A stretch of DNA of 63,367 nt, the filler included, from Saprolegnia diclina VS20 (taxonomy: Eukaryota), in assembly GCF_000281045.1 (NCBI RefSeq). It is 8 parts of 2 records of this genome, joined end to end, with 100 filler letters (N's around TTAATTAATTAA, not from the genome) between each part and the next. Parts side by side here need not be neighbours in the genome. Positions count along the whole stretch, not along the records: positions 1 to 18,055 come from NW_008246082.1; positions 18,156 to 41,754 come from NW_008246082.1; 6 more parts are not named here. One strand, given 5' to 3'. The notes beneath the pieces are model-generated. The model was not told where the DNA came from and made no database searches. It was given only the letters and a program-made list of their open reading frames with translations. A program made the translations under genes and the position numbers. Below are positions 13,667 through 26,200 of the stretch, piece after piece; the first letter of the stretch is position 1; each line of letters begins with the position of its first letter.

Positions 13667-14145
13667 AAAACCACATTGCAGTTCACCGCCATGACACCCA
13701 CTCGTTCCACATCCTTTATTGTATTGCGCAAGTCGCAGTATGTCTTTGTATGTAGAATTAATTTCTAGAAAAAAATAGAACCGCCCTCATCAATTTCCCA
13801 GTTCTACCTCAATAGCAAATGCACGGGCACTGCAGCTGCATTTGTGCACGGCGGTTAAGGCCAAGCAAACGCCCACGCTGTTCGCTGCAGTCTCTTTGGG
13901 TCGGACCAGACCGATGACCATAGGCAGCGCACGCCACCACGCTTACACGACACCACCAGTCGTATAAACACACCCGAATCTTGGTCGTGTCAGAGGACCA
14001 CCGGGGTAGGAATGAGACACTATGGATACATGACGTTGAAGTTGAGGTAGTTTTGGGAAACGACGGAGCGGTTCAACGCATGACGGCGATCGAACCGCAG
14101 CAAGATCCGTGACGGCTACGGGTCGCGAGTCGCTCGACCTTGCGA

Positions 14146-15850
14146 ATGCCGAGTCTCTCGAGTACGAGTATGACGCTACTGCCAACCGGCGGTGGCTGTG
14201 GATGGAACTACGGGACATGCGACGCCACTTCAACCTGTTGCGACGCCGCCTTTGAATGTGTCACAGACGCACCGGCTGTTGCCCGCTGCCGCCCCAAGCT
14301 GCCACCGATCGACTTCCTTCTCAACGATCTGCGCGCATGGAAGCAATGTGGTGGCGGCGAGTTTGACGGAGACGAGAGCTGCGCCGACGGCTGGAGCTGC
14401 TACGCGTGGAACCAGTGGTTTTCCGAGTGCGTGCCATGGAATGCCACGACGACGGAATCACCGCCCGCTCCACCAACCATCGCGGCCATCCAGAGACCCA
14501 GCATCCAGCCGCCAACGCCAAGCCAGGTATGGTTTGGCCCTTCCGCGACACCTGGCGTCGTCCAAACAAGTGCGCCACCCACGTCTGTTTCGCCGCGACC
14601 GTCGTCACCGCCGCCAACGATTGCCCCGTCGGTGGCGCCACGACCAACCACCAAACGCCCACCGACACCAACGCCGTTGGCGACGCCTCGCGCTACGTCA
14701 TCGCCGCCAACGACGGCTCCGACGGTGGCACCACGACCAACCACCCGACAGCAACCGCCGACGTCCCCACTTCTGCGATCGACAGTGTTTTCAGACTATG
14801 CTATCTTTACGGCTGCCGGATCAGTCCTCACCGAGTACTATGCGAGCATCTACGTGTCGCCCTTTGCCTTTGTGGCGAATGCGAAATGGACCTACACGGT
14901 CGACACGGGGGCGCTCGCCGTCGGGAGCAACGGCCAGTGCCTTGCGTACCAGCGCACGTCGGACGGACGCTATCGTGTGCAGACGCTTCTGTGCGACGCA
15001 GGGCAGAGCAGCCAAGCATGGCGCATCGACTTTCGAACGTATCGCATCGTACAGCGGAACCTGGGTCTTTGCTTGGATAGCCCAGTCGCGGGTGTGACGC
15101 TTGCACCGTGCAACACGGGCACGACGACGCAGTGGGTTCGTCTCGCGGCGCCAAGTGAGTTTTATGCCCATACCGACTTTGTAAACCAAGACGTCGCGTC
15201 GACGCCAGTGGGTGCTGCCATCGACTGCGTCGGCAAGTGTGGCGCGATGGACGCGTGTGCGGCCGTCGTGTGGACCAGTACGCCCACCGGTGGCATGTGC
15301 TGGCTCAAGTCGGGCTATCGGTCGCCCGTCGTGAGCAACGGGGCAACCGCAGTCGTGTTGACGCCGCCGTCGCTGGCCGTGTGCCAACTGCTGACGCTCG
15401 ATGTCGGCATCGACTATGTCGGCTACGACATCGGCTCCGTGTATGCGGACACGCCAACCGACTGTTGCGCGCCGTGCACGGCCATGGCCAACTGCAACGC
15501 CTTCAGTTGGGCGGACCGTACGTGCTACCTCAAGAACGCACGCATGGTAACCTCGGCCAATGCGGCGGTGACGTCCGCCCGCGTCCGCAAGTGCTCAAGT
15601 CTCCAAGACAACGTTGATTTTGTGGGCTTTGACATCGGGTCGGCAGTGGCGGTGGCGGCCGAGGTAGGCGTCACGTTGACGCACTAGAACGACTCTTGTG
15701 TTGTAGGACTGTTGCAGTCTGTGCCGAAACAACTGGACGTGCCAAGCCTATGTATGGAGCAACGACAATGGCGGCACATGCTGGCTCAAGTCGGCGCGCG
15801 GCGCAGCGCAGACAAAGGCTGGTGTTCGCTCGTCCCTCGTTCTCTTTTAA
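14146..15850 (+). CDS. CBEL-like lectin: CBM1, Pro/Thr linker, ricin-B lectin, three PAN/apple domains
   Basis: CBM1 WKQCGGGEFDGDESCADGWSCYAWNQWFSECVP; ricin-type GQCL...SQAW...LCLD...TQW; PAN repeats DF/Y-x-G-x-DI...CC...C..C.A..W...C.LK. Intron 15664-15706; stop TAA at 15848-15850. Confidence 0.88.
14601..14765 (+). repeat. Duplicated Pro/Thr linker unit in the lectin gene
   Basis: SSPPPTIAPSVAPRPTTKRPPT and SSPPTTAPTVAPRPTTRQQPPT, similar at DNA level. Confidence 0.7.
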
Positions 15851-15966
15851 ACGCACCAGGTTTCATGCTCGTCGTTCAAATATGCAGCAGTTTTCATGTT
15901 GTTCACTCGGTTTCTTGTTTATAAACACAAAACGACTCGATATCGTCGACGCGACCTCTCACTTTC

Positions 15967-18055
15967 TTAGCGGCAGTCGACCCAGTCGCGCCACGACAGG
16001 CGCTTGACGAGACACGTTGCGACGAGCGTCACCTTGTCGTTTTCGCGGTCGGCGTTGATCTTGTGCTCGGGCGCTGGGTGCCAAAAGACATCCGTAGTCC
16101 CCTCGACGCGGTACTTGTTGAGCGCAATCCGTGTCGCGTGAAAGTGCAGCCAGAGGTAGTTGAGCGGATCTGTGAGCGCCACAATGTTGATGAGTCGGTG
16201 CCGGTCCTTGGTGTCCTGCGCTCCCAAACGAAAATAAGAAATGAGAGAATCGACCAAGCAACCAATCGTACCTGGAAGGCGCTCGCTGGAAGGAGGACGT
16301 CCGCGTCCCAGCTCACGCTCAAGAACGTCGCGTCCCAGAGGACACCGGCGGCCGCTGGGATCGCAGTCGACTTTGCGAAATAGAGCAGCGGCATTCTGGG
16401 CACGTGCGGGCCGCGCCGAAAGCCGTCGCAGACGCGCGGCCCCAACCACTACAGTCCATCACAACGTGACCTCGGCGATTGTACAGAGCCTACGTAGAAA
16501 AAGCAGCCGCCGCTCGCGAGCCCCAGCACGACGAGGATCGCCATGCCTTCCGCATACAACCCGCCCATCTTGGTGTTCCAGGCTGTGAAAACATTGGGGT
16601 GGATGAGAGCGACGGCCGACGACGCCTCCATCTACATGCACTTGACGCAACCGCCATCGCGACACGAGAAGAGGTACCGGCCATGACGCGACCAGCGCGC
16701 TCATCGGAGGTGGGTCTTTGACGATGAAGAAGAACGACGCGAGCGAGACGAGGCCGTACATGTGGCCTTTGATGCCCCACCACTCTACGCCTCGTCGATA
16801 TACGCTCTAGCATGGTCAGTACGGACCTGTCGGCGTGTTCCACGTTGCGCCGATGCGGAAGAAGAAGGCGATGCGCACGAGGAGCGCCATGAGCCACGTA
16901 TTGCGCAGGTGGATGGCGGCCAATTCGGCCCAGTCCGAGACCGACGCGTTCCTATACAGACAGGCAGTCAAGACAACACGTAGCGCTACTAACCCGAGAT
17001 CGGTCCACGTGATCGAGTGAAACATGGTCGCGTCGATCATGAGCGCGAGCGTGTAGCAGAGCAGCGGAATCCAGCTGCCGTAGACGACGACTTGTGGCGG
17101 GATGCGCGAGAGCATCGAGAGACCGTCCTTGACGCGTCCCCACAGACTATTGGCGCGCGACGCGGCGACAGAGCCGAGCATGAGGCACAGAAAGCGCAGG
17201 ATATTGTAGCTCTGGCCCGTCACGCGCAAGAGCCGCACAGTCGAGAACCACTCTTCAACGTCCGTGACGGCAATCGCCCTAGTATCGTTCACGGTCGGAT
17301 GGAACGAGATCCTGTGAGCCGCACCCTTCGTAGCGGTAGTCGTGGACGCGTGTCGTGTGGCACACGCCACTGCTGTCGCAGCGAAGGGTGCGCGTGAGCA
17401 CGATCACGTCGTACGTGCTGCGCGAGAGAAGGACGCCGCTGCCACTGTACGTGATCGGGTCCGACTCGGACTCGATCGTCACCACATCGACGCGATCGCC
17501 CTACGCAGCTGCATGTGAGCGGCTGCTGATACCAAGGTATGATGGACGGGATGGCTCAAGGCGATGACGTTGGCATGGACCGCACTCCAGAGGTTCTCGG
17601 CGTCGCAGCGGTCGTTGGGCGACGCGCTCGGCGTCTGCTGGATCCACGCGCAGTACGCCCACGTCTTTTCGCAAAAGAGCGGGCGGTCGTTGGCGTCGGC
17701 GCAAATGTCCAAGGCCGAGACGTTGGACGGCGCGTGGAACGCAGCGACCCACGTCCTATCCCGGATGGTGTCCATATACAAGTATGGAGTCGCAGCGTAC
17801 GTGCGAGAGACGTTGCTGTCCGTCATGCTGCCGAGCAGACCATTCCCCTCAAAGTAGGCGTTGGCGTTGGCGCGCGCGGCCACCTGCACGTGCGTTCGCT
17901 GGCTCCACGGACTCGCGCCAAAGGCTCCGAGCGCCGTCATCATCGCATCGACGTACTTGAACACACCCGAGACCGAGGTCGGTGGCGGCGGCGACGACGA
18001 GAGCAAGCCCGCGACCGCCTGGAGACCGAGCGACGACGGTGTGCTCGTATAGGGC
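15967..18055 (-). CDS. Oomycete-type multi-pass transmembrane protein, 5' end lost in gap
   Basis: Minus-strand exons (ORFs 17479, 16816, 16459, 16029, 15967) with DICADANDRPLFC and several hydrophobic helices (YNILRFLCLMLG, VVVYGSWIPLLCYTLALMID, MYGLVSLASFFFIV). Confidence 0.7.
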
Positions 18056-18155
18056 NNNNNNNNNNNNNNNNNNNNNNNNNNNNNNNNNNNNNNNNNNNNT
18101 TAATTAATTAANNNNNNNNNNNNNNNNNNNNNNNNNNNNNNNNNNNNNNNNNNNN
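18056..18155. other. Assembly gap with artificial TTAATTAATTAA linker; same structure at 41755-41854, 47889-47988, 52289-52388, 57122-57221, 58517-58616, 61413-61512
   Basis: Identical 100-nt block of N44 + TTAATTAATTAA + N44, giving stops in all six frames. Plain N gaps at 39784-39883, 42424-42589, 45208-45307, 46253-46352 and 55486-55585. Confidence 0.97.
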
Positions 18156-21100
18156 GAGGATTCTAATGACCGGTGACAAACAAACGCTACCGCCCAGCCA
18201 GCACTCCAGTTGTGCAGGCGCCCTCCGTAGAGGGGCGCTGCTACCGTAATGACATTGTGTCTGTGGCTTCCTTTATTGTGGCGCTAGCGGGCAGCAGCAT
18301 TGCTGCCGCAGGGATTGAACGATGGCTTTCGGTGCCATTGGGTAGCACGTCCACCGTCAGTAGTGTCACTGTGTCGCAACCGTGTTTGCATTGTGTTTCG
18401 TTTTGAAGCGACCTTGCTGCCAAAACAGGGGTGAACGACAGAGCTCCCAACGCTGTCTTGACAAGAACGCTACCAGGGACTCCGCCGTACTAGGTCGTTG
18501 CCGACAATTGCGTCAACATTTATCGTGCCCAGTTGATGCCGCCACCGTCGATATAAACGATCGGTGACGTGCTCCACCGTCTTGAGCAGAGTCGTTCCCT
18601 AGTGTTTCGTTGCGCGCAAATGGTGGTCAGCAGTGCGTGGTGGTGCACGTGTTGGAGTTTCGACGAGACTTGGAGGAGAGCATGACCGGAAACATCGCTC
18701 ACGAATGGGTGGCGATACGCAAATTCGCTATCCTATCGGGTCTGTACCCGCCTAGTATGTATCGTTCCTCCGTTTATGGAATATGAAGCGCCCTGTTGTC
18801 CTACGCGTGCTCACAAAAAAACTTGTTTCAGCCTGGAATCGCACATGGGAACGAGCACTATGATAGCAGAAACCAAACTGCACGCGACACACGTGTGTCT
18901 ACGATGACGAGAATGCGAAACCGTGGTTGTCCAGAACCACCAGGATGGTTCTATCACCAATGTAGTGAAGACAGGGACACCATGGCAGTGATGTCCTTGC
19001 TGCAGCCGAAGCAGGAATAATATTTTCCGCCGTCAGAGGACAGTAGGTCGGCGACGTGTGCCGTACTCATCTGACACATCTCACTAGAAGGACGAGCGGA
19101 CACCGGGAGCTGCCTGAGGTATTGCAGCACAGATTGCACTCCAGTCCTTTCAGTCACTGTCCTTTCTACGTCTGAGTTCGTGCAAGGGCTTCGACACGAC
19201 GTTTACGTCGACGTTTGTGACGACATACTGTACTAAGATCGAAACGTGACGTCGCGACTCGAGATGCGCCGTCCGACGTGTGAATGCATCAAACACTTCG
19301 CCTCCACAAGTCGAGGTTCGGGCGCGACGATCCTTTTCGACGCCTAGCATCAAAGGCCCACAATAATTTTAATCCTTGCTATTATTCTTATCAGGGCGTA
19401 CGTTATTACGTGATTTACCCTTTGGTTTTGGCTTCGGTGCACGGTGCTCGATGCTCCTGTTGGTTCGACGTTGTTCTGATGTTGACACTTTGTGTTATGC
19501 TCATGCACGTGACGCCACTGTCCAGCCGCGGCGTGTGTCCTTGCTAGTATTCTATAGAGACAGGTTATACATCGATCTCACGTACTGGTCGTATTCCTAG
19601 TCCACGGTGCAGTGGCTTGCACCGGTGCTGTCAACATTTACGTGGGTTATGGAGAATGGGGTAGGGTAATGCGTACCGTTTACAGTACAATATTATACGT
19701 AACCTTCGGACGATCGTGGGCGCTATCGTGGGTGATGAGTCTTTTAGCAGTGCGTGTACCCGAGAGCTGAACTAGTATTCGCTATTTAATGATACCCGCA
19801 ACACAGGAATGCACTCACGCCAAGCTTGTGCGTCACCACCCGTTGTCGTAAATCGTCGTACGTTCAAGCGTTGTGGAGTCTTGGTGAGCACGTTACTACA
19901 ATTCTGCATGCGTGAACTAAAAGCGCAAACATTGCGACCGTCGGTGGTGGGTGTGGTGCCAGTCACAGCGGTGAAAATCGAAGACGCCAATACCAATCAT
20001 TCGACGTATCTTCGATGTTTCGTTGAAAACGTCAAGCCACTTCATGGAACGAACCCATTCGCGCATGCTTCTCTTGGATAGTTGGGCGCGCGCCCAGAGT
20101 GGCGGAGAGATCCATGCGACTGGAGGCAGAGAAGAGGAGGATAGCATGGGAGGCGTGGGAGGATGCTGACGTCCCTGTAAAGGCCTTCACGGCGTTCCAT
20201 AAATGCTGACTACGCCATACAAAGGCCCAGGTTACTTCAAGTAGCTGCCGTTCGGGCGGAAGAAGAAGAGTCGTTTTTCCACCGATTTTGCGCGATCACC
20301 CACACACAGCCGAGCGTGTAATCACGGGTGGGACCATGTGGACACGGGCCTGACAAGCACCACCCATGATGCTACGGAGGCCAGAATCAACAAGAAGGGA
20401 CCGCCTAGCACCCCCGTACGTGAAGGCTGTAGACTGGAGCCAGCGTACTCGATCGACGTACGGCGCTGATATTTCAGAGCCGCTTAACCGTACGCTGTGC
20501 ACCGTACGTACGCGCATGCGACACGTCTTCGAACTTCGATGCCACTGGGCGCGGTTTACAAATGCCAAGTGACAAGCCAACAAGGAACTTCCTTCCTCCA
20601 GCGTTCTTCTGGATGACTCAATGGCTTCGAACTTCGAACCATCTGAGTCCCAGCAATGGACAAACCCCCATTTACCTTCGCACGGGGTTTGTTTAACGCG
20701 TTTACCGTCCCCTTGTAACGATGCTTCAGACGCTTGAAGTAGAAGACGGCGACGTGGCAGAGGCAGAGTTTGCAGCCGCTTGGGAACTATGTGCACTGTG
20801 CATTTCGGGGCAGCAAGCAATCATACGCAATGTAGTGAGACTGATATGGTGGTCGTTGCTGGTCTCTGCACGACCTTGTTCGATATAAGTATACGTACAC
20901 GCCTGTAGTACCCTGTAGTACGGTATTTGGGATCTACACTACGTTCTTAGCGCTTGAAATCGTGTCTATGACGAGCGGAATCTGCGCGGTGGGCTTTTCT
21001 GTTAGACCGGTAAACAAACCGCGTTTAAACCACGTCGTGTCGCAGCATGGGTGCAAGGTGGGATGCGAGGAAGGTGGATGGAACCTACGTCTTCCCGCCG

Positions 21101-21525
21101 CCGTGCATGGCGAAATCATCGCTACTTCTGCGCCAATGGACGCCTCTGACCACTAGCGCCCATGTGGTGTCTCTCTCGCTCTCTCCACTTCCCACTCGTT
21201 AGAAGAGCTACACGCCTCGGTACTAGTGTACTCGGTGATCCGACGAGTAGAATTCAACGCCATTCCGGTGGCTTGCTCGTGTCCTAACACGCCCAGGCGA
21301 CGATTACTCTTGGGCTCCAATCGTCCCACTGTGTCGGCAGGGTTTGCCCCAAGGCGCCGTCGGGACATCCGGATACCGGTGGTGTCGCACTAGGCTGGAA
21401 TAAGGCAATACCGGATACGGGTGTGTGATTACGGGGGATTGGGATATACCGACTTGCAGCCATCACGGTTATATGTGCTTCTTCGGCGAAATATCCCAGT
21501 TGCCATTTTGCAGGTTGTCGGACGC

Positions 21526-22335
21526 ATGGTCGCGCAGTCGTGCAGTGTCGTCGCGCCGGCGCCGGACGTCGTCCTTACGCTCACCGACCTCGAGCTATCG
21601 AGCCCGCCGGCCGCGTGTGGCCGGTCCATCGCGCAGCAGCGCCAGTACTTTGTCCGCCTTCTCTGCCGCGAAGTGCTCAAAGTGCACACGCTCCTCCGCG
21701 CGCCGTTCGAGAAGCGCACGGTCATCGACACGTGCCGGTCCGTCGAAGAGAGCCTCTTCGCCGCCAACGCCGATTCCTTTGACGCGTACGTGCGCCACAT
21801 GCGCACGCGTGTCCAGCTCATCGCCAAGAAGGGCTGCGCGCTCGTGCGCCAGACAAGCGACGACGACGTAGTGCAAGCGCCGACCGAGCCGACGAATGCA
21901 GCGCCGGCCACCACGACGCATGAAGAGACAGCCGCCGCGTTCCAGCAAGCGCAGCTGCGGTATACCGTGGGCGCGGCGTGGATAAAGAACCAACGCAAGC
22001 GGGCGCGCTTCCGCTGGAGTCTGGCAAGCCCGGCCGAAGACGCGCACGTCGACGCCGTCATGGCCTCGGCCCGCGCCGAAGTGCTCGCCTCGCTCCGCAC
22101 CATGTATGCCGAACCCCTCGCTCTGTACGAGGCGCAGCTGCGCTCGTCGCTCGCGGTCCAACACCGGGACTGGGTCGCCTACGATCTGAGTGTTGTCCAG
22201 TCGCTCCGGGACGCGCTTCGCCCCGACGCCGAGACGGACGCCGAGATGTCGACGCTCCACACTCAGATCCAGCGCCTCCTCAAAGAGAAGGCGCTCTTCG
22301 ACTACATGTGGGCCATGGAAATGGCGTCCACTTGA
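21526..22335 (+). CDS. Single-exon protein with KIX-like (Med15/CBP-type) helical domain
   Basis: QRQYFVRLLCREVLK...VIDTCRSVEESLFAANADSFDAYVRHMRTRVQLI resembles the KIX pattern (R..EE.IF..A.S...Y). Inr/FPR-like CCAGTTGCCATTTTGC just upstream (about 21496-21511). Confidence 0.65.
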   Translation: MVAQSCSVVAPAPDVVLTLTDLELSSPPAACGRSIAQQRQYFVRLLCREVLKVHTLLRAPFEKRTVIDTCRSVEESLFAANADSFDAYVRHMRTRVQLIAKKGCALVRQTSDDDVVQAPTEPTNAAPATTTHEETAAAFQQAQLRYTVGAAWIKNQRKRARFRWSLASPAEDAHVDAVMASARAEVLASLRTMYAEPLALYEAQLRSSLAVQHRDWVAYDLSVVQSLRDALRPDAETDAEMSTLHTQIQRLLKEKALFDYMWAMEMAST

Positions 22336-23236
22336 TTATTTAACACCGCCGCAGTAGTAGGCCGCTCTCCCGTACGAATATAGCACGCATAGTTAATATA
22401 AAGAGCGCCACTTCTAGTTGAAGTACACCGTGTCTCCACGTGGCTCTTTGTCGTCCTCGCGTCGACTCGACTGCCGACTCAGACGCGACCTTCAAGTGGC
22501 GCTAATGACGCGGCAGCGTGCCGTGCCCCGGCCGCGCCCCGGCATTCCGATTCCGCCAAATCCGTGTCGACATGAAATAGTGTACGGCTTGAAGCGGCGC
22601 CGATGCAAGCCGATATACGCCGTGTGGCGGCCGCGACAAAAGGCTCGAGTGGGATAACGCCGTGGAGCTTTGAGTATTGCACGAGTGCATGGGACGAGCG
22701 AGCATCCGAGAGGCGGCGCCCTGTTGCCAGCGACACGCAATATTACACTATATCAATACGCGCCTTCAACCTGAATACGCCACGGATATAGTATATACGT
22801 TGGACCCACCGCAGAGACGTCACAGGCTCTTGCTCGTTGATCCAGCTCCAGAAAGGGCGCTCTCCCCTCAAAAGTGGCAAAAAATGCGACGTCAGAGGCG
22901 CTTGCCCCCGCGTATCGATATCTGTGGGGTTTTAGACCACGGGGATCGCCGTTTTGAAGTGCTGTTTCTCTTGGTGGCGTCGATTCAGGATACATTCGAA
23001 CGATAGACAATTATGTTGTTGGCGCTAGACTACTAGAGCACGCTGCGGATCCTTGGGGACTCGTATCACACATACGTGGAGCTTGGAGCCTCTTGGCGTC
23101 CGTAGAATTGGCACGTGCGTCTCTCTTGTCCCGTGGTTTCGTACACTATTTACACTATTTCCGACGCCATGTTGCGACCTCAACTTGGCATCAAATCTTT
23201 TTTTTGTCCACAAGTCAATTCGCCTCGGTCCGTACC

Positions 23237-26200
23237 ATGTCGGGCAAAGGAGGCAAGGGCAAGACGCCCGCAACGAAGGCTGCCAAGCAGCCAGCTCAAG
23301 CTCCCCCTGCTGCACCGGCCAAGGCTGCGTCCAAGGCCGCGCCCAAGCCCGCGTCGCCCAAGGCCAAGGCGCCGGTCGTGACGCCAGAGCTCGTAGCGCA
23401 AAAGAAGGCGCTCCTCGAGAGCCTCTCGACAAGCAAGGTGACGATGGCCCGTGATGCCAAGGCTGCGGATGAGGAGCTCGCGAAGCTTCTGAAGACGCCC
23501 AAGGCCCGTGTCCAGGGCACGGTCGCGCAGCTCGAAGAGGAAGCCAAGCAGCTCGAGTTCCGCCGTACGACGACGTCCATGTCGCTCAACGAAGAAAAGC
23601 GTGTGCTCAAGGACCTCGAGGCCATCAAGGTCCGGAAGGTCCAAGTCACCGAGTACGAGGAGTTCCAAGCGACCGTCCAGACGCTTAAGGACAAGAAGAA
23701 CGAGCTCTACGATACGCTGCGCGCGACCGAGACGCACGAAAAGCTGCTTCAGGCCGAGCTCCGCAAGATGCAACTCGCGCTCGAGTTGCATACGACGCTC
23801 GACGCGTTCGAAACGATCACGATCTCGGTACCCAAGGACAAGATGGGCATGGTCGTCGGCAAGAACTACACCAAGCTGCGCCAGTTTGAAGAGACGTACC
23901 ACGTGCTGCTCGACGTCGAGAACGGTATCCCATTGCTCTCTTCCATTCGTGTATCCTCATGCATGCGATAGGGACGCAGGAGGTCAAGGCGACGAGCTTG
24001 CCGAAGCAAAACGCGCTCGTGCTGGCCGCCATCAACAACATTGCGCTCGCGACGACGCAGTCGCTGGCCGTGCATCCGGACGTGCTCAAGCTGCTCATGA
24101 TCCAGAAAGGTCTCCATCTCAAGGCGCTCGAGGCCAAGTGCGACGTCAAGATCGACGTGCAGCGCGCTGAAAACACAATCTCGTTCCAGGCGTCGCCCGA
24201 GCGCACAGCGCTGCTCGAAGCGACGCTCAAGTCGCTCAACACCAGCAAGGCGACCATCGACCTCCCGACCGACGTGATCCCCAAGCTCATTGGCAAGAAG
24301 GGCGAGGTCATCTCCAAGATCATGGAAGAGACCGGCGCGCTCCTCGACATTGACCGCGTCGTACGTGGCCCTTTCTTTCAATCTATCAGTGTATCAACTA
24401 CTCACCTAGACCAACTGCGTGCACATTGTTGGCCCGGCCGAGAGCGTCGTCGCCGCGACCGCCCAGGTGGACGCGATCATCCACGACCAAGCCGCGACCG
24501 CCGTCAAGGTCAACGCGTCCGATGTCGCCTTCTTTGGGCGCTGGGATGCGTCGCAGTTCCCGGCATTTGTCGAGTACCTCATGGGCGACAAGGCGGCCAA
24601 GCTCAAGGCGCTGCGCAAGGAGGCTCTGGATATCCGTCTGCAAGTCAACAAGGTACACTATCAATGTTTCAAGTGAACCGCACAAATGGCGACTAGAACA
24701 AGAACCGGTTTGATGTCGACGGCAACCGCCACCAAATCGAAGCGCTCAAGGGCGCGATTCAGTCGGCGGTCGCGAGCTTCCTGGAGAACGTGCATACGTT
24801 TGATGTGGACGAGCGCTGCTTGAGCCTCATTATCGGCAAGAAGGGCTCCAAGATCAAGGCGATCGAGGCGGAGAGCGGCGCCAAGGTCGACATTCAAGGC
24901 CATACCCTCTACATCCTCGGCGAACCCGACCAGGTACGGCACCACTTGCTACACGCCGATGCTAAAGCGAGTGCAGATTCAAAAAGCAACGGCCTTGGTG
25001 GACGAGATTGTGGCCAAGAGCCAGCGGTCGGTCGTGTACACGTCATCGCACTTGACGAGCCTCTTGCTCAACAACAAGCGCGCCAAGCTCAACGAGATTG
25101 AAAAGGTGAGTGGCTGCAACGTGCAGCTGCCGCCGGCGCCCGCGGGCGGCAAGGCCCCGCGCACGAAAGCGACGACGATGGCCATCACGCTCACGGGCAC
25201 GACGGTACGTCAAGATATCAATGTATCGACTTGATAGATATATGGATGTAGAGTGCGATTCAGCTCGCGTCGACGGCGCTCGAAGCACTCAACGCCGAGA
25301 ACAAGGTCGTGTACCTCCCATTGGACAGCGACGAGGTCGCGACCGTGATTGGCAAGAAGGGCGAGACGATCATGAAGCTGGAGAAGGACACGGGGTGCCG
25401 TCTCCGTGTGCTGGACGACGCGTCGGATGGCGAGAGCAGCCGCGAGCTTGAGCTCATGGGCAACGCCGACCAAGTGGCGGCGGCGACGGCCGCGCTGGAC
25501 GGGCTGCTTCGCACGTCGGCGCGCCAGCTCTTGCACTTGGACGAGTTCTCGGTCGCGTGCCTCATTGGCAAGAAGGGCGAGCGCATCAAGGAAGTGCGCG
25601 CGGCGCACCCGAACGTGACGCTCGACACGTTCCAAAAGAGCCAGGTGGTCCGCATCCAGGGCAACGACAAGGGCGACGTGGACGCGTGCGCAGCCGCGAT
25701 TCTGGACCTGCTCCAGAACACGACGGTGTTTGAGACGATCAAGGCCAGCGGGCGCGGGCGCTTTGACGCCCTCCTTTCGGACCAGACGATCGCGCTGCAC
25801 CTCGCGGAGCTTGAAGCGCAGGGTGGTGTGAAAGCCAGCGTGCTCGAGAACGGCGCGCAGGTCAAGCTCCGTGGGTCGCCGCTGGGCATCGCGAAGCTCA
25901 AGAGCTTCCTCGACATGCTCGCCGACGAGTCATCGCACTGCGTCGCGTCGATTCCGTTGTCGTCCAAAGCGCATGCGACGTCGCTGCGCGGGCCGACCGA
26001 CGATAGCCTCCACGAGAATGTCCTCCAGGTTGTCAAGCAAACCAAGACGGTGATTCGCATCAAGGCCGACAAGGCGAGCCCGAGTGGCTTTGCCGTCTCG
26101 CTCGAAGGCGCGTCACTGGCCAAGGTCCTCGACGCCAAGCTCCGTATCGAGAGCCTCCTCCAGTTCTTCTTCCCGTCGCACGTCAAGGTCCTCTCGGGCG

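Noticed and set aside
18100..18111. Palindromic TTAATTAATTAA recurring seven times
   Set aside because: Always centred in a fixed 100-nt N block; it is an artificial six-frame-stop contig linker. Adjacency across these joins is uncertain.
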